Positions 1-14,200 of a DNA stretch of 64,000 bases are shown here, piece after piece. This stretch comes from Eubacteriales bacterium. GTDB lineage: Bacteria; Bacillota; Clostridia; Oscillospirales; CAG-272. Numbering within the stretch: position 1 is the stretch's first letter; every line of letters starts with the position of its first letter. The translations under genes and the position numbers were made by a program. The stretch spans positions 40,037 through 104,036 of the forward strand of contig JAZNBK010000041.1 of the NCBI GenBank assembly GCA_045587025.1, read 5' to 3'. Below the pieces are notes generated by a model. The model ran no database searches. It was not told where the DNA came from and saw only the letters and a program-made list of their open reading frames with translations.

Positions 1-1
1 T

Positions 2-1684
<1,683 letters not shown>

Positions 1685-1690
1685 ATAAAA

Positions 1691-1737
1691 AACAGTCAGG
1701 CGTTTCTTTGAACAGAAATATGCTCTGACTGTTTTTA
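1691..1737. terminator. Hairpin terminator between convergent ligA and ribU-like gene
   Basis: aacagtcag (1691-1699) pairs with ctgactgtt (1725-1733). There is a T-run at 1732-1736 on the + strand and an A-run at 1685-1692 (a T-run on the - strand), so it may act in both directions. The loop is long (25 nt). Confidence 0.55.
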
Positions 1738-1875
1738 TATTATAAAGCTTTTCTTTTATTAATTTTAGAAATTATACCGTATATCAAAATAGGCAGACCG
1801 CTGCCGAGCGTAAATGCGAAAATATATAGGAAAAGGAACAGTATGTACGGAACCTTTTGTAATTTGTTTTCCTGA

Positions 1876-2550
1876 TTATTCTTTCCTGAAAAGCTCGAAA
1901 TTGCCGTCCAAAACATTTGCAAATATAAGAATTGAGGCAACGAGAAGAATAATTCCTAACGTTAATATTATTATACTGTTTTTGTTATATTTAAAGTTTG
2001 CTTTATCGTCTGTGAGTTTTGTTTTCCGCAAAGCGTTCGCTATCGGCTTGTAGATTATAAGCACGAGCGAGGCGTTAAACAACCCTTTTGTGAAATTAAA
2101 AGGCAGAAGCAAAGGCAAAATCGAAGCTACGATATCCTTCGACGTCGTGCCTGTCATATATAAGGGCGTAATCAATAGATTTGCCAAGAGCATTACGCTT
2201 ATCGTAGATAGAATTGCAAGCATAAGCGCTATGAGCGCCATATTTAAGCTTTTTCTTCTGCGATATACAAAAGAAGCGACGGCGCAAAAGGTGGCTGAAG
2301 AAATAAAATTCATAATAAAACCGTAAATTCCCGTATCGCTCACCGAAATAAACTCGACGAATGCAACTATAAAAGACATAAGTATTCCGGGTATTGTTCC
2401 CAAGAGCATTGCACCGACTGTAATTATAGTATCCTTCGCATCAAAGGTAAGAAAGCTCACCTTAAAGCGAAAAACGAACATACATACGTACGCCATTGCG
2501 CTGAAAAGCGCTATCAAAATTATTTTTCGTGTCTGATTTTTAGTATTCAT
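1876..2550 (-). CDS. ribU: Riboflavin transporter, ECF-type S component (RibU-like)
   Basis: 224-aa polytopic membrane protein. Segments such as LTFDAKDTIITVGAMLLG, NFISSATF and LLPFNFTKG resemble RibU/YpaA as I recall it. It is directly preceded by an FMN riboswitch. The C-terminal ~40 aa (an extra TM) exceeds typical RibU length. Confidence 0.75.
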   Translation of the reverse strand: MNTKNQTRKIILIALFSAMAYVCMFVFRFKVSFLTFDAKDTIITVGAMLLGTIPGILMSFIVAFVEFISVSDTGIYGFIMNFISSATFCAVASFVYRRRKSLNMALIALMLAILSTISVMLLANLLITPLYMTGTTSKDIVASILPLLLPFNFTKGLFNASLVLIIYKPIANALRKTKLTDDKANFKYNKNSIIILTLGIILLVASILIFANVLDGNFELFRKE

Positions 2551-2640
2551 AGCAGTACCCCGTTTTCAAATAGTATAAACAATTATATAATATTGTGAAA
2601 AAATAAATATGTGCTACGAGGTTTTTAAGAAAAATCTGGA

Positions 2641-2790
2641 TAAAAAAAGATATCCTAATGAGGATATCTGTGTCAAAAACTTTTCTCATCCGGACTATAC
2701 CGTCGGCACAGAAATTTCATCTGTTCGGCGCAATTGCTTGCGTTAGTGGGCTTTTACCACCGGTATGGAATCTAACCAATCCTCAAAGTA
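2641..2790 (-). promoter_or_regulatory. FMN riboswitch (RFN element) with intrinsic terminator
   Basis: The minus-strand read is GAGGATTGGTTAGATTCCATACCGGTGGTAAAAGCCCACTAACGC...GATGAAATTTCTGTGCCGACGGTATAGTCCGGATGAGAAAAG. This matches the conserved RFN cores (GGT.A.ATTCC, ACCGG.GGT, AGCCC, CCGACGGTATAGTCCGGATG). It is followed by the hairpin agatatcct/aggatatct (2648-2669) and a T-run (A-run 2642-2648 on +). Confidence 0.9.
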
Positions 2791-2798
2791 TTTATATT

Positions 2799-2821
2799 GC
2801 CACTGCCCATAGGGCAGTGGC
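2799..2821 (-). terminator. GC-rich hairpin after tuf (putative, non-canonical terminator)
   Basis: gccactgccc (2799-2808) pairs with gggcagtggc (2812-2821), 35 nt downstream of the tuf stop. On the minus strand it is followed by aatataaatac, which is A/T-rich but not a clean U-tract. Confidence 0.45.
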
Positions 2822-2855
2822 AATACTCACATATAAATTAATGCCTTAAAAAAAC

Positions 2856-4061
2856 TTACGCATTGATTTCAGCAACAACGCCGGAACCAACTGTTCTACC
2901 ACCCTCACGGATAGCGAAACGAAGACCTTTTTCAATAGCGATAGGTGTGATAAGTTCAACAGTCATGTTTACGTTATCACCGGGACGGCACATCTCTACG
3001 CCTTCAGGAAGAGTGATGATACCTGTAACGTCTGTGGTTCTGAAATAGAACTGAGGACGGTAACCGGAGAAGAAGGGCTTTTGACGGCCGCCTTCTTTTT
3101 CAGTAAGAACGTAAACCTGTCCTACAAACTTTGTGTGGGGCTGGATGGAGCCGGGCTTACAAAGAACCTGACCACGCTCGATCTCGTTCTTCTGAATACC
3201 ACGGAGAAGAGCACCGATGTTATCGCCTGCTTCTGCGAAGTCCAAAAGCTTATGGAACATTTCGATACCTGTAACAACAGTCTGCTTCTTTTCATCAGAA
3301 AGACCAACGATTTCGATTGTTTCGTTCATCTTAATTACGCCTCTCTCAACACGACCGGTAGCAACTGTACCACGTCCGGAGATAGAGAATACGTCCTCTA
3401 CAGGCATAAGGAAGGGGCTGTCTTCATTTCTTGCAGGGGTAGGAATGTACTCGTCAACAGCGTTCATAAGCTCGAGAATCGGCTTATAAGCTTCGTTGTC
3501 AAGACTTGAGTCAGCGCACTCGAGAGCTTCACGAGCAGAACCTCTTACGATGGGGGTATCGTCGCCCGGGAACTCGTACTCGCTAAGGAGGTCACGAACT
3601 TCCATCTCAACGAGGTCGAGAAGCTCAACGTCGTCTACGATATCGCACTTGTTAAGGAATACAACGATTGCAGGAACGCCTACCTGACGAGCAAGAAGAA
3701 CGTGCTCGCGGGTCTGCTGGAGAGGTCCGTCTGTACCTGCAACAACGAGGATAGCGCCGTCCATCTGAGCAGCACCTGTAATCATGTTCTTTACATAGTC
3801 TGCGTGGCCGGGGCAGTCAACGTGAGCGTAGTGACGGTTGTCGGTCTCGTACTCAACGTGACGGGTGTTGATCGTGATACCTCTTGCTCTCTCTTCGGGA
3901 GCGTTGTCGATCTGGTCGTATGCAAGGAACTCAACGTTACCCTGCTTCAAAGAAAGGGTCTTGGTGATAGCTGCAGTAAGAGTTGTCTTACCGTGGTCAA
4001 CGTGACCGATTGTTCCGATATTAACATGGGGTTTGTTTCTTTCAAATTTTGCCTTTGCCAT
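2856..4061 (-). CDS. tuf: Elongation factor Tu
   Basis: 401 aa. GTPase motifs [22 protein letters not shown]. Last gene of the rpsL-rpsG-fusA-tuf order. Confidence 0.99.
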   Translation of the reverse strand: MAKAKFERNKPHVNIGTIGHVDHGKTTLTAAITKTLSLKQGNVEFLAYDQIDNAPEERARGITINTRHVEYETDNRHYAHVDCPGHADYVKNMITGAAQMDGAILVVAGTDGPLQQTREHVLLARQVGVPAIVVFLNKCDIVDDVELLDLVEMEVRDLLSEYEFPGDDTPIVRGSAREALECADSSLDNEAYKPILELMNAVDEYIPTPARNEDSPFLMPVEDVFSISGRGTVATGRVERGVIKMNETIEIVGLSDEKKQTVVTGIEMFHKLLDFAEAGDNIGALLRGIQKNEIERGQVLCKPGSIQPHTKFVGQVYVLTEKEGGRQKPFFSGYRPQFYFRTTDVTGIITLPEGVEMCRPGDNVNMTVELITPIAIEKGLRFAIREGGRTVGSGVVAEINA

Positions 4062-4105
4062 AATAAATATCCTCCTAAATTTAAAATTTTATTTTTTATT
4101 TTTAA

Positions 4106-6181
4106 TTATTTCGCACGAACCTTTATAATCTCTTCCTGGATGGACTTAGGTACTTCCTGGAAGTGACTGGGCTCCATTGAATACACACCGCGTCCCTGTG
4201 TTCTGGAACGAAGCGCAGTCGCATATCCGAACATCTCGGAAAGCGGAACGTTAGAGTGAATCTGCTGAGCGCCTGTTACCGGCTCCATGCTTTCGATTGC
4301 ACCACGGCGAGAGTTCAAGTCGCCGATTACGTCGCCCATATAATCATCAGGTGTTGTAACAACGACCTTCATGATCGGCTCTGTAAGAACGGGGTTCGCC
4401 TTCTTCATAGCTTCCTTGAATGCCATAGAGCCGGCAATCTTGAATGCCATTTCAGAGGAGTCAACCTCGTGGTAAGAACCATCATAAAGCGTAACCTTAA
4501 CGTCTACTACGTTGTAGCCCGCAAGTACACCTGCCTGCATAGCGCCCTGAATACCTGCATCAACCGCGGGGATATATTCCTTCGGAATAGCCCCGCCCGT
4601 AACGGCGTTGATAAATTCATAGCCCTTGCCGGGTTCATTGGGTTCAAGCTTAATTTTAACGTGTCCGTACTGACCTTTACCACCGCTCTGACGAGCATAC
4701 TTGGTATCTTGTTCAACGGCCTTACGAATTGTTTCTTTGTAAGCAACCTGAGGATTACCGATATTTGCCTCTACCTTAAATTCACGGAGAAGTCTGTCTA
4801 CGATAATTTCAAGGTGGAGCTCACCCATACCTGCGATAATAGTCTGACCTGTTTCTTCATCCGTATAGGTTTTGAAGGTCGGGTCTTCTTCTGCAAGCTT
4901 AGAAAGCGCGATACCCATCTTTTCCTGTCCCGCTTTTGTCTTCGGTTCAATTGCAACGCGAATAACGGGCTCAGGGAATACCATGGATTCCAAGATTATG
5001 GGGTGCTTTTCATCACAGAAGGTGTCTCCTGTGGTAGTATTCTTAACACCTACGGCTGCCGCAATATCACCTGCATAGCAGCAGTCGATATCAACGCGGT
5101 CGTTAGCGTGCATCTGAAGAATACGTCCAAAGCGCTCGTCTCTATCCTTGGTACAGTTGTAAACCGGACTTCCCTTTTCAATACTACCGGAATATACTCT
5201 GAAGAAGCAGAGCTTTCCTACAAAGGGGTCGGTCATAATCTTGAACGCAAGAGCTGAGAAGGGTTCTTCGTCAGACGCCTTACGCTCGTCATCCTCGCCG
5301 GTCTTGGGATTTATACCCTTAATTGCGGGAATATCGATAGGAGAAGGCATATAATCAATAACTGCGTCAAGCAATTTCTGAACACCCTTATTCTTATACG
5401 ATGTACCGCAAACTACGGGGACGATTTTGTTATCAATGGTTGCCTGGCGAAGAGCTTTTTTCAATTCTTCAACTGTAATCTCTTCTCCATTGCAATATTT
5501 TTCGAAAAGCACTTCATCCGTTTCTGCGATTGATTCGATCATAGCGGAATGATATTCTTCTGCCAAATCCTTCATATCCTCCGGAATCGGCTCTACTCTC
5601 ATATCTTTTCCCATATCGTCGTAGTAAACGTCTGCCTCCATGTTCATAAGGTCAACAATTCCGCGGAACGTGTTTTCCTTACCAATAGGCAACTCGATCG
5701 CTACTGCATTAGCGTGAAGTCTTTCCTTCATCATCTTGATTACTCGATAAAAATCAGCACCGGTGATGTCCATCTTGTTGACATACGCCATTCTGGGTAC
5801 CTTGTACTCATTCGCCTGACGCCATACGGTCTCGGTCTGGGGCTCAACGCCTCCCTTTGCACAAAATACTGTAACGGCACCGTCAAGTACACGGAGAGAT
5901 CTCTCAACCTCAACGGTAAAGTCAACGTGACCGGGGGTATCAATGATATTGATACGATTCTGCTTCCAATAACAAGTGGTAGCAGCGGAAGTAATGGTAA
6001 TACCTCTCTCCTGTTCCTGCTCCATCCAGTCCATTGTTGCAGAACCTTCATGTGTTTCACCTATACGGTGAGTTTTACCGGTATAAAACAAGATACGTTC
6101 TGTCGTCGTGGTTTTACCGGCATCAATATGCGCCATGATACCGATATTACGAGTATTTTTAAGTGAATACTCTCTTGCCAT
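4106..6181 (-). CDS. fusA: Elongation factor G
   Basis: 691 aa. [27 protein letters not shown]. Position between rpsG and tuf. Confidence 0.99.
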   Translation of the reverse strand: MAREYSLKNTRNIGIMAHIDAGKTTTTERILFYTGKTHRIGETHEGSATMDWMEQEQERGITITSAATTCYWKQNRINIIDTPGHVDFTVEVERSLRVLDGAVTVFCAKGGVEPQTETVWRQANEYKVPRMAYVNKMDITGADFYRVIKMMKERLHANAVAIELPIGKENTFRGIVDLMNMEADVYYDDMGKDMRVEPIPEDMKDLAEEYHSAMIESIAETDEVLFEKYCNGEEITVEELKKALRQATIDNKIVPVVCGTSYKNKGVQKLLDAVIDYMPSPIDIPAIKGINPKTGEDDERKASDEEPFSALAFKIMTDPFVGKLCFFRVYSGSIEKGSPVYNCTKDRDERFGRILQMHANDRVDIDCCYAGDIAAAVGVKNTTTGDTFCDEKHPIILESMVFPEPVIRVAIEPKTKAGQEKMGIALSKLAEEDPTFKTYTDEETGQTIIAGMGELHLEIIVDRLLREFKVEANIGNPQVAYKETIRKAVEQDTKYARQSGGKGQYGHVKIKLEPNEPGKGYEFINAVTGGAIPKEYIPAVDAGIQGAMQAGVLAGYNVVDVKVTLYDGSYHEVDSSEMAFKIAGSMAFKEAMKKANPVLTEPIMKVVVTTPDDYMGDVIGDLNSRRGAIESMEPVTGAQQIHSNVPLSEMFGYATALRSRTQGRGVYSMEPSHFQEVPKSIQEEIIKVRAK

Positions 6182-6214
6182 GTTTTTTCTCCTTTCCTGT
6201 TTTCAACCGATATA

Positions 6215-6685
6215 TTAGAATTTATAGTGAGCAAACGCTCTGTTTGCTTCAGCCATACGATGAGTTTCTTCTTTCTTCTTGAAAGCGCCACCCATACCGG
6301 ACTTAGCGTCGATTATCTCGCCCGCAAGTCTCTCAGCCATTGTCTTTTCGCCGCGTGTTCTCGCAAACATGGTTACCCAACGAAGACCGAGTGTCTGACG
6401 ACGCTCAGCGCGTACTTCCATAGGAACCTGATAGTTTGAACCACCGATACGACGTGCCTTTACTTCCAACACAGGCATTACATTTTCAAGAGCTTCTGTA
6501 AATACTTCCAAAGGATTCTGCCCTACCTTAGCTTCTACTATTGCAAAAGCATCATATACAATCTTCTGGGCAACACCCTTCTTACCGTCATACATGATAT
6601 TATTGATAAGCTTTGTTACAAGCTTGGAATTGTACAACGGATCCGGCAATACATCTCTTTTGGAAATCTGACCTCTTCTTGGCAC
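6215..6685 (-). CDS. rpsG: 30S ribosomal protein S7
   Basis: The track ORF (to 6703) starts at an ATG that overlaps the RBS. The minus strand reads atgAAGGAGGgaagtacaGTGccaaga, so GTG at 6685 gives the canonical S7 N-terminus (M)[19 protein letters not shown]. Confidence 0.95.
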   Translation of the reverse strand: MPRRGQISKRDVLPDPLYNSKLVTKLINNIMYDGKKGVAQKIVYDAFAIVEAKVGQNPLEVFTEALENVMPVLEVKARRIGGSNYQVPMEVRAERRQTLGLRWVTMFARTRGEKTMAERLAGEIIDAKSGMGGAFKKKEETHRMAEANRAFAHYKF

Positions 6686-6843
6686 TGTACTTCCCTCCTT
6701 CATTAAAAATATGATATCTTAGGTACTCGAAAGCTAACTTTCGCAAGTGCTCGTCAGCGCAGTTCATAAATATAAACATTTATAATCACAGCACAAAAAT
6801 GACGGCAAATGCTTACCTCTCAACAATTAAGAGTGGTAGCTTA

Positions 6844-7257
6844 TTAGTTCTTTGGACGCTTTGCACCATACTTAGAACGTCCCTGCTTACGGTTTGCAAC
6901 ACCCTGTGCGTCAAGTGTACCACGAATAATGTGATAACGACAACCAGGCAAGTCACGAACACGTCCGCCTCTGATAAGGACAACCGAGTGTTCCTGCAAA
7001 TTATGTCCGATACCCGGAATGTAGGTCGTTGCTTCAAGTCCGTTTGTAAGTCTTACTCTGGCTATCTTACGAAGAGCAGAGTTCGGCTTTTTCGGGCTGG
7101 TTGTAGTAACCTTTGTGCAAACGCCTCTCTTTTGTGGAGCACTTTGGTCAGTCGCTTTCTTCGTGAGACTGTTAAATCCCTTTTGAAGAACAGGTGCCTT
7201 GGACTTGTAATCAAGTTTAGAACGGCCGTTTTTAACGAGCTGATTAAAGGTTGGCAT
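6844..7257 (-). CDS. rpsL: 30S ribosomal protein S12
   Basis: 137 aa. [12 protein letters not shown]..., [22 protein letters not shown] aaaggaggag lies upstream of ATG 7257. Confidence 0.98.
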   Translation of the reverse strand: MPTFNQLVKNGRSKLDYKSKAPVLQKGFNSLTKKATDQSAPQKRGVCTKVTTTSPKKPNSALRKIARVRLTNGLEATTYIPGIGHNLQEHSVVLIRGGRVRDLPGCRYHIIRGTLDAQGVANRKQGRSKYGAKRPKN

Positions 7258-7382
7258 GCTTCTCCTCCTTTTCTGTAATTATAATGCTTATATACAAACG
7301 CACCTCGCGGTGTGAGTATAACAATGTAAAATTTTTAACTAACCTACGAGAAAGCATAGTTATCCCATAGAAAATTCATTTA

Positions 7383-7411
7383 ATTATACCATTAATAACG
7401 GTGCTTGTCAA
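7383..7411 (-). promoter_or_regulatory. sigmaA-type promoter of the str operon
   Basis: The minus strand reads TTGACA (7411-7406), a 17-nt spacer, then TATAAT (7388-7383). Both hexamers are perfect consensus. It lies ~125 nt upstream of the rpsL ATG. Confidence 0.75.
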
Positions 7412-7509
7412 TACTTTTTTAAAATTATATTCTTGTATTTTCTCCTTTTTTGCTTTTTTTATGCATTTTGACCTTCTTCTCTTCCGAGCCGTAATGGCGC
7501 TCGGCACGC

Positions 7510-7548
7510 AAAAAAGAAATCCCGTCCGATTTTTCACGAACGGGATCT
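7510..7548 (-). terminator. rpoC intrinsic terminator
   Basis: aatcccgtccg (7518-7528) pairs with cgaacgggatc (7537-7547) with one mismatch. On the minus strand it is followed by a T-run (A-run 7510-7515 on +). It lies 28 nt after the rpoC stop. Confidence 0.8.
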
Positions 7549-7575
7549 TAAAACCATAGAAATTACGTCATATCA

Positions 7576-10500
7576 TTACGCCTCAGCGCTAACGATTTCA
7601 ACAGCTTCCTCTGTTTCATTTACTTCTTCGGCTTCTTCTATAATGTCGTATTTATCCTCAGCTGCGACAACGTCAATGTCGTGATAGCTTTCCAAACCGG
7701 TACCGGCAGGAATAAGCTTACCTATAATAACGTTTTCCTTCAAGCCGAGCAAGTGGTCAACCTTTCCTCTGATAGCTGCTTCGGTAAGAACCTTCGTGGT
7801 TTCCTGGAACGAAGCGGCAGAAAGGAAGGATTCGGTAAGGAGCGACGCCTTTGTGATACCAAGAAGCACGGGAGTAAACTCAGCCAAGCGAAGCGTTCTC
7901 TCGCCTGCATCTATTCTCGCCTGAATTGCTTCGTTTTCACTTCTCAATTCAAAAACATCAACCATAGTGCCTTCGAGGAGCCCCGTATCACCGGGATCTA
8001 CTACCTTAACCTTACGCGTCATCTGACGGGCAATAACTTCAACGTGTTTATCGTTGATTTCAACATCCTCGTTACGATAAACCTTCTGTACCTCACGGAT
8101 AATATAATCGTAGGTTGCTTCCAGTCCAACCGTATTAAGAACGTCTGCAGGAGATAAATAACCCTCCGTCAACGCCTGACCTCTGAACACCTGAGCGCCG
8201 TCTTCAACTATAATGCGCATACCGAAGGGAATCTCATAGATCGGCTCTTCGTCGTGTGCAAAATCAGGATTAGACACTCTTATTTTGCTTGTTTTGTTCT
8301 CGTTAATTATATGCGCTATACCGTCAATTTCGGTAACCACAGCCGTTTTCTTAGGTCTGCGCGCCTCGAAAAGCTCCTCGATACGAGGGAGACCTTGAGT
8401 AATATCAGATCCCGCGATACCACCTGTATGGAAGGTACGCATCGTAAGCTGAGTACCCGGCTCGCCGATAGACTGAGCGGCGATAACGCCTACTGCTTCT
8501 CCAACGCTTACAAGCTTTCCTGAAGCAAGGTCTGCTCCGTAGCAGTGAGCGCAGACGCCGCGTTTTGCACGGCAACGAAGAATAGTTCTTACCTCAACCT
8601 GCTCTACGCCTGCTTTTTCAATGTTGGCAGCGTCGTCCTCGCTTATCATAGTATCAGCAGCAACGAGAACCTCGCCGGTCGTGGGATTCACAATATCCTC
8701 TATCGAATATCTTCCCGCGATTCTGTCCTTGAGAGATTCAAGAACGTTCGGGCCGTTCATAATCTTGCTTACCTTGATACCTTCTCTTGAGCCACAGTCC
8801 TCTTCACGAACGATAACGTCCTGAGAAACGTCAACAAGACGACGTGTAAGATAACCAGAGTCTGCCGTTCTAAGCGCCGTATCAGACAAACTCTTACGAG
8901 AACCCTTAGCTCCTATAAAGTACTCAAGCATCGTAAGACCTTCACGGAAGTTGGACTTAATCGGAATTTCAATCGTCTTACCGTTGGTTGCAAACATAAG
9001 TCCGCGCATACCTGCGAGCTGACGCATCTGCTTAATACTTCCTCGAGCACCTGACGTACAAATCATATTAATAGAGTTATACTTATCAAAGCCCTTGGTA
9101 AGATAATCTGTCAGTTTATTGGTAGTATCCTCCCAAACCTTAATAGCGCTGTTATAACGCTCGTCGTTTGAGAGCTCACCGTCGAGATACAATTCTGTAA
9201 TATTATCAATCTCATTCTCTGCCTGCGCAAGCAAGGTTTTCTTTTCGGGAGGAATGGTCATATCGTACACGGAGATAGAAATAGAGCTCTTTGTAGAATA
9301 TTTATAACCCATCGCCTTGATATCGTCAAGAACTGCTGCGGCAGTAGCGAAGCCCTGGTTCTTGATAGTACGGTCTACTATCTGCTTTAATTCCTTACTG
9401 GTAGTTACAAAATCTACCTCAAGGTCAAATGCTTTTTCGGGATCCGTTCTATCAACGTATCCAAGATTTTGAGGAATTTTACTGTTGAAAATCAATCTAC
9501 CGAGGGTAGCGTTGATTATCTTCGTTTTCTTTTCGCCGTCAATTTCTTTTTCAACTCTTACCTTGATAGGAGCGTGCAGGCCTATTTCATTATTTTCATA
9601 AGCCATAACCGCCTCGTCAAAGTTGCGGAAGCACTTGCCCGCGCCCTTTTCATCCTCGCGCAAAAGCGTGAGATAATAGGAGCCAAGCACCATATCCTGT
9701 GAAGGTGTGGTAACGGCTTTTCCGTTAAGCGGCTTCAAAAGGTTATTCGCGGAAAGCATAAGGAATCTTGCCTCCGCCTGCGCTTCTGCAGAAAGCGGAA
9801 CGTGAACAGGCATCTGGTCGCCGTCAAAGTCCGCGTTAAATGCAGAACATACCAAAGGATGAAGCTTTATCGCTCTTCCCTCTACGAGCACCGGCTCAAA
9901 CGCCTGAATAGAAAGACGGTGAAGCGTAGGCGCACGGTTAAGAAGCACGGGATGCTCGCGAATTACGTATTCGAGCGCGTCCCAAACCTCAGGAACTACC
10001 TTGTCTACCTTCTTCTTCGCTTCCTTAATTCCACTCGCTTTTTGCGTCTCAATCAAACGCTTCATAACGAAAGGTCTGAACAGCTCAAGCGCCATTTCCT
10101 TAGGCAAACCGCACTGGAATATCTTGAGGTCAGGACCTACGACGATAACGGAACGGCCTGAATAGTCAACGCGCTTACCGAGAAGGTTCTGTCTAAATCT
10201 TCCCTGCTTACCTCTGAGCATCTCGGAAAGAGATTTGAGGTTACGGTTGCTCGCGCCTGTTACCGCCTTTCCGTGACGGCCGTTATCAATCAGAGCGTCA
10301 ACGAATTCCTGAAGCATTCTCTTCTCATTACGAATAATGATTTCAGGAGATTCAAGCTCAATCATTTTCTTCAAACGATTGTTTCTGTTAATAACTCTTC
10401 TATAAAGCTCGTTAAGGTCGGAAGCGGCAAATCTTCCGCCGTCGAGCTGAACCATAGGACGAATGTCGGGAGGAATGACCGGAATGGTATCCAAAATCAT

Positions 10501-11172
10501 CCACTCGGGACGGTTGCCCGATTTTCTGAATGCTTCAACTACCTCAAGACGCTTAATTATCTTGATTTTCTTTTGTCCGCTTGAAGTTACAAGCTCTTCC
10601 TTGAGCTCGGCGGCAAGCTTCTCAACGTCAATTTCCGCGAGCAATTCCTTAATTGCCTCAGCGCCCATACCTACGCGGAAATCGTTTTCATATTTCTCAT
10701 AATTGCTACGGTATTCAACCTCGGTAAGAAGCTGCTTCTTCTGAAGCGGAGTCGTACCGGGATCAAGAACGATATAGCTCGCAAAGTAAAGCACTCTCTC
10801 AAGAAGCTTCGGTGAAAGGTCGAGGATAAGTCCCATTCTTGAAGGAATGGCTCTGAAGTACCAGATGTGAGAAACGGGAGCTGCAAGCTCTATATGTCCC
10901 ATTCTCTCACGGCGCACCTTCTTGCTCGTAACCTCAACGCCGCACTTTTCACATACCTTACCCTTATATCGACGGCCTCTCTTATATTTTCCGCACAAGC
11001 ATTCAAAATCCTTCGTAGGACCAAAAATGGTTTCGCAGAAAAGACCGCCTTTTTCCGCTTTAAGCGTTCTGTAATTTATCGTTTCGGCCTTAGTAACCTC
11101 TCCGAATGACCAACTTCTTATCATTTCGGGAGAAGCCAAGCCGATTTTTATGGAATCAAATTTTCTGTCCAT
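7576..11172 (-). CDS. rpoC: DNA-directed RNA polymerase subunit beta'
   Basis: 1198 aa. Catalytic NADFDGDQM; N-terminal zinc motif CLCGKY...CEKCGVEV. Confidence 0.99.
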   Translation of the reverse strand: MDRKFDSIKIGLASPEMIRSWSFGEVTKAETINYRTLKAEKGGLFCETIFGPTKDFECLCGKYKRGRRYKGKVCEKCGVEVTSKKVRRERMGHIELAAPVSHIWYFRAIPSRMGLILDLSPKLLERVLYFASYIVLDPGTTPLQKKQLLTEVEYRSNYEKYENDFRVGMGAEAIKELLAEIDVEKLAAELKEELVTSSGQKKIKIIKRLEVVEAFRKSGNRPEWMILDTIPVIPPDIRPMVQLDGGRFAASDLNELYRRVINRNNRLKKMIELESPEIIIRNEKRMLQEFVDALIDNGRHGKAVTGASNRNLKSLSEMLRGKQGRFRQNLLGKRVDYSGRSVIVVGPDLKIFQCGLPKEMALELFRPFVMKRLIETQKASGIKEAKKKVDKVVPEVWDALEYVIREHPVLLNRAPTLHRLSIQAFEPVLVEGRAIKLHPLVCSAFNADFDGDQMPVHVPLSAEAQAEARFLMLSANNLLKPLNGKAVTTPSQDMVLGSYYLTLLREDEKGAGKCFRNFDEAVMAYENNEIGLHAPIKVRVEKEIDGEKKTKIINATLGRLIFNSKIPQNLGYVDRTDPEKAFDLEVDFVTTSKELKQIVDRTIKNQGFATAAAVLDDIKAMGYKYSTKSSISISVYDMTIPPEKKTLLAQAENEIDNITELYLDGELSNDERYNSAIKVWEDTTNKLTDYLTKGFDKYNSINMICTSGARGSIKQMRQLAGMRGLMFATNGKTIEIPIKSNFREGLTMLEYFIGAKGSRKSLSDTALRTADSGYLTRRLVDVSQDVIVREEDCGSREGIKVSKIMNGPNVLESLKDRIAGRYSIEDIVNPTTGEVLVAADTMISEDDAANIEKAGVEQVEVRTILRCRAKRGVCAHCYGADLASGKLVSVGEAVGVIAAQSIGEPGTQLTMRTFHTGGIAGSDITQGLPRIEELFEARRPKKTAVVTEIDGIAHIINENKTSKIRVSNPDFAHDEEPIYEIPFGMRIIVEDGAQVFRGQALTEGYLSPADVLNTVGLEATYDYIIREVQKVYRNEDVEINDKHVEVIARQMTRKVKVVDPGDTGLLEGTMVDVFELRSENEAIQARIDAGERTLRLAEFTPVLLGITKASLLTESFLSAASFQETTKVLTEAAIRGKVDHLLGLKENVIIGKLIPAGTGLESYHDIDVVAAEDKYDIIEEAEEVNETEEAVEIVSAEA

Positions 11173-11248
11173 GCTTTTATATCACGCCGTCGCACAAGGA
11201 CGGCTATCCCCTCTCATAAATTAATGGTTAATGAGTGAAGTGTTGCAA

Positions 11249-14200
11249 TTAAAGGATATCCTCGTCACTTTCCAAATCATCAGATGCTTCTTCAAAAACA
11301 TCCTCATAGCTATCGTCGAACTCCTCGTCCTCCGAATAGTCATCTTCATCAGAAAGCTCATATTCTTCATCAACAGTTTCGCTACTGGAAATATTTTCGG
11401 TCTCTTCTATAACGGGAAGCTCCGGCAAATCATCGTCGTCAACGAGCTGTGAAAGCTCAATTTCCTCGCCGTTTTCGTCAAGAACACGAACGTCGAGAGC
11501 GAGCGACTGCAATTCTTTTACCAAAACCTTGAAGGATTCGGGAATGCCCGGAGTAGGAATGTTTTGTCCCTTTACAATTGCTTCATAAGTCTTAACGCGT
11601 CCTGTGACGTCGTCACTCTTGACGGTAAGGATTTCCTGAAGCGTGTAAGCTGCTCCGTACGCTTCCAAAGCCCAAACTTCCATTTCTCCGAAACGCTGAC
11701 CGCCGAACTGCGCTTTACCACCAAGCGGCTGCTGTGTTACGAGTGAGTACGGACCGTTTGAACGGGCGTGGATCTTATCATCTACCAAGTGATGAAGCTT
11801 GAGGTAATACATGATACCAACGGTAACGGGGTTATCAAACGCATCTCCCGTTCTGCCGTCGTAAAGCGTCATCTTACCGTCTATAACCTTTACGTTGTTC
11901 TCTTTACGGAACGCATTGAGCTTTTCTTCATCCTGCTCAATTTCAGAGTCAACTCTCTGCAAATCTATATTTCCGTTTTCGTCTGTTACCTCAATAAAGA
12001 GAGCTTTACCCTTTACGTTTTCTCCGTCGCGAATATCGCGCGCATAGCCCGCCTGACGTAAAAATTCTACGATGTCCTTCTCGTTTGCGCCGTCGAATAC
12101 GGGAGTCATAATCTTAACTCCGAGCTTCTTTGCGGCTAAGCCGAGGTGGACCTCAAGAACCTGTCCGATATTCATACGTGAAGGAACGCCAAGAGGATTA
12201 AGCACGATATCAAGCGGTGTTCCGTCTGAAAGGAAAGGCATATCTTCAGGGGGAAGTATTCTCGAAACGACACCCTTATTACCGTGACGGCCTGCCATTT
12301 TGTCTCCGACGGAAATCTTTCTCTTCTGCGCTATATATACGCGAACTACCTTATTTACACCGGGAGCGAGGTCGTCGGAATTTGAGCGGTCGAACACCTT
12401 TACGTCTACGACGATACCCGATTCTCCGTGCGGCAAACGAAGCGAGGAGTCTCTTACCTCTCTTGCCTTTTCGCCGAATATTGCGCGGAGCAATCTTTCC
12501 TCAGGCGTCAATTCGGTTTCACCCTTAGGCGTAACCTTACCTACGAGGATGTCGCCTGCGCGTACCTCAGTACCTATCTTTACGATACCCTCTTCGTCCA
12601 AATCCTTCAACGCATCGTCACCGACGTTAGGCACTTCGCGCGTGATTTCCTGCGGACCGAGCTTCGTATCTCTCGCCTCTACGGAATGTTCTTCTATATG
12701 AATGGACGTATAAGTATCCTCACGGACTAATTTTTCATTCAAAAGGACTGCGTCCTCGTAGTTGTATCCTTCCCAGGTCATAAAGCCGATAAGGGCGTTT
12801 TTACCAAGGGAAATTTCACCGTTAGAGGTAGCGGGACCGTCCGCAATTACCTGTCCTTTTATAATCTGCTCTCCCTGTTTAACTATCGGGCGTTGATTTA
12901 CACAAGTACCCTGGTTAGAGCGTTTGAACTTAATGAGGTGGTACGTTTCCTTCTTTCCGCTATCGGTAAGAATGGTAATGCTGTCGGAATCAACACGCTC
13001 AACGACACCGCCCTCACGAGCAACGACAACGGCGCCTGAATCGACTGCCGCCTTGTATTCCATACCCGTCGCAATATAGGGCGAGTCGGTCATCATAAGC
13101 GGAACTGCCTGCTTCTGCATGTTTGAACCCATAAGAGCACGGGTGTTGTCGTCGTTTTCAAGGAAGGGTATCATTGCCGTAGCAACGGAAACTACCATTT
13201 TAGGAGAGGCGTCCATATAATCAATCTTGTTACGGTCAACCTCTATAATCTCGGATTTATCACGGGCAATAACGCGCTTGTTTACGAAGCAGCCGTTTTC
13301 GTCAAGCTCTTCGTTCGCCTGAGCTATGATATAGCTGTCCTCGATATCGGCAGTCATATATTCAATTTCAGACGTTACTCTGCCCGTCGCCTTGTCCACC
13401 TTACGATAAGGCGCCTCCAAAAATCCGTAGTCATTAATCTTTGCGTAAGTTGCAAGATAAGAAATAAGACCGATGTTAGGACCTTCAGGCGTCTCGATAG
13501 GACACATTCTTCCATAGTGGGTATAATGCACGTCACGAACGTCAAAGGAAGCGCGGTCACGTGACAAACCGCCGGGACCGAGAGCAGAAAGACGGCGCTT
13601 GTGTGTCAGCTCTGCCAACGGGTTGTTCTGGTCCATAAACTGAGACAAGGGTGAGGAGCCGAAGAATTCACGGATCGCAGTCGCAACGGGGCGAGTATTA
13701 ATCAAATTCTGAGGAGTCATATCCTCGCTGTCGTGAACCGACATACGCTCCTTGATGTTCTTATCCATCTTGGACATACCGATACGCATCTGGTTCTGGA
13801 GAAGCTCTCCTACGCAACGCAAACGACGGTTGCCCAAATGGTCGATATCGTCAAACGAGCCAACGCCGTGCGTAAGGTTGAGCAAATAGTTGATAGATGA
13901 GAAAATATCATCCTTAGTTATATGCTTAGGGCAAAGCTCGGCAATTCTTTCCTTCGCCATTGCCTTTATCTGCTCTTCATCGCCTTCTGCCGCCGATATA
14001 ATATCGCAAAGGACGGAATATCTGACCTTTTCGTTAATACCGCAATCCTTGAGGTTGTAGCCGAGAACGTATTCCGGCTCGACGGTGCCGTTTGCAAATA
14101 CCTTTACCTCTGCTCCGGCTTCATTATTTATATATACTTCGTTTACAGCGGAGTGTTCAATCTTTTCTGCCAGATCACGAGAGATAATATCTCCTGCGTC

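Noticed and set aside
1740-1940. 66-aa minus-strand ORF overlapping the 3' end of the ribU-like gene, with a hydrophobic tail. It could indicate a frameshift or an extra small membrane protein.
   Set aside because: It has a TTG start with a weak RBS and overlaps ribU by 65 nt in another frame. The hydrophobicity is expected from T-rich sequence. A sequencing frameshift cannot be fully excluded without homolog alignment.
2658-2849. 63-aa + strand ORF between ribU and tuf.
   Set aside because: It is the complement of the FMN riboswitch and the tuf hairpin, and the RNA-element explanation is much stronger.
4256-5257. 333-aa + strand ORF inside fusA. This is the largest of many antisense ORFs in the track, which also overlap tuf, rpoB, rpoC, the amidase gene, typA, obg and the beta-helix paralogs.
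   Set aside because: Each lies wholly antisense to a gene with unambiguous motifs, has odd or low-complexity composition and has no RBS. These are shadow ORFs arising from stop-poor antisense frames.
11173-11248. rpoB-rpoC spacer. It has the hairpin gccgtc/gacggc, and there is no Shine-Dalgarno within 12 nt of the rpoC ATG (the nearest GAGGGG is about 38 nt upstream).
   Set aside because: An in-frame stop 12 nt upstream fixes the ATG as the start. A-rich, SD-less initiation regions are not rare in Firmicutes, and this is too weak to call a regulatory device.
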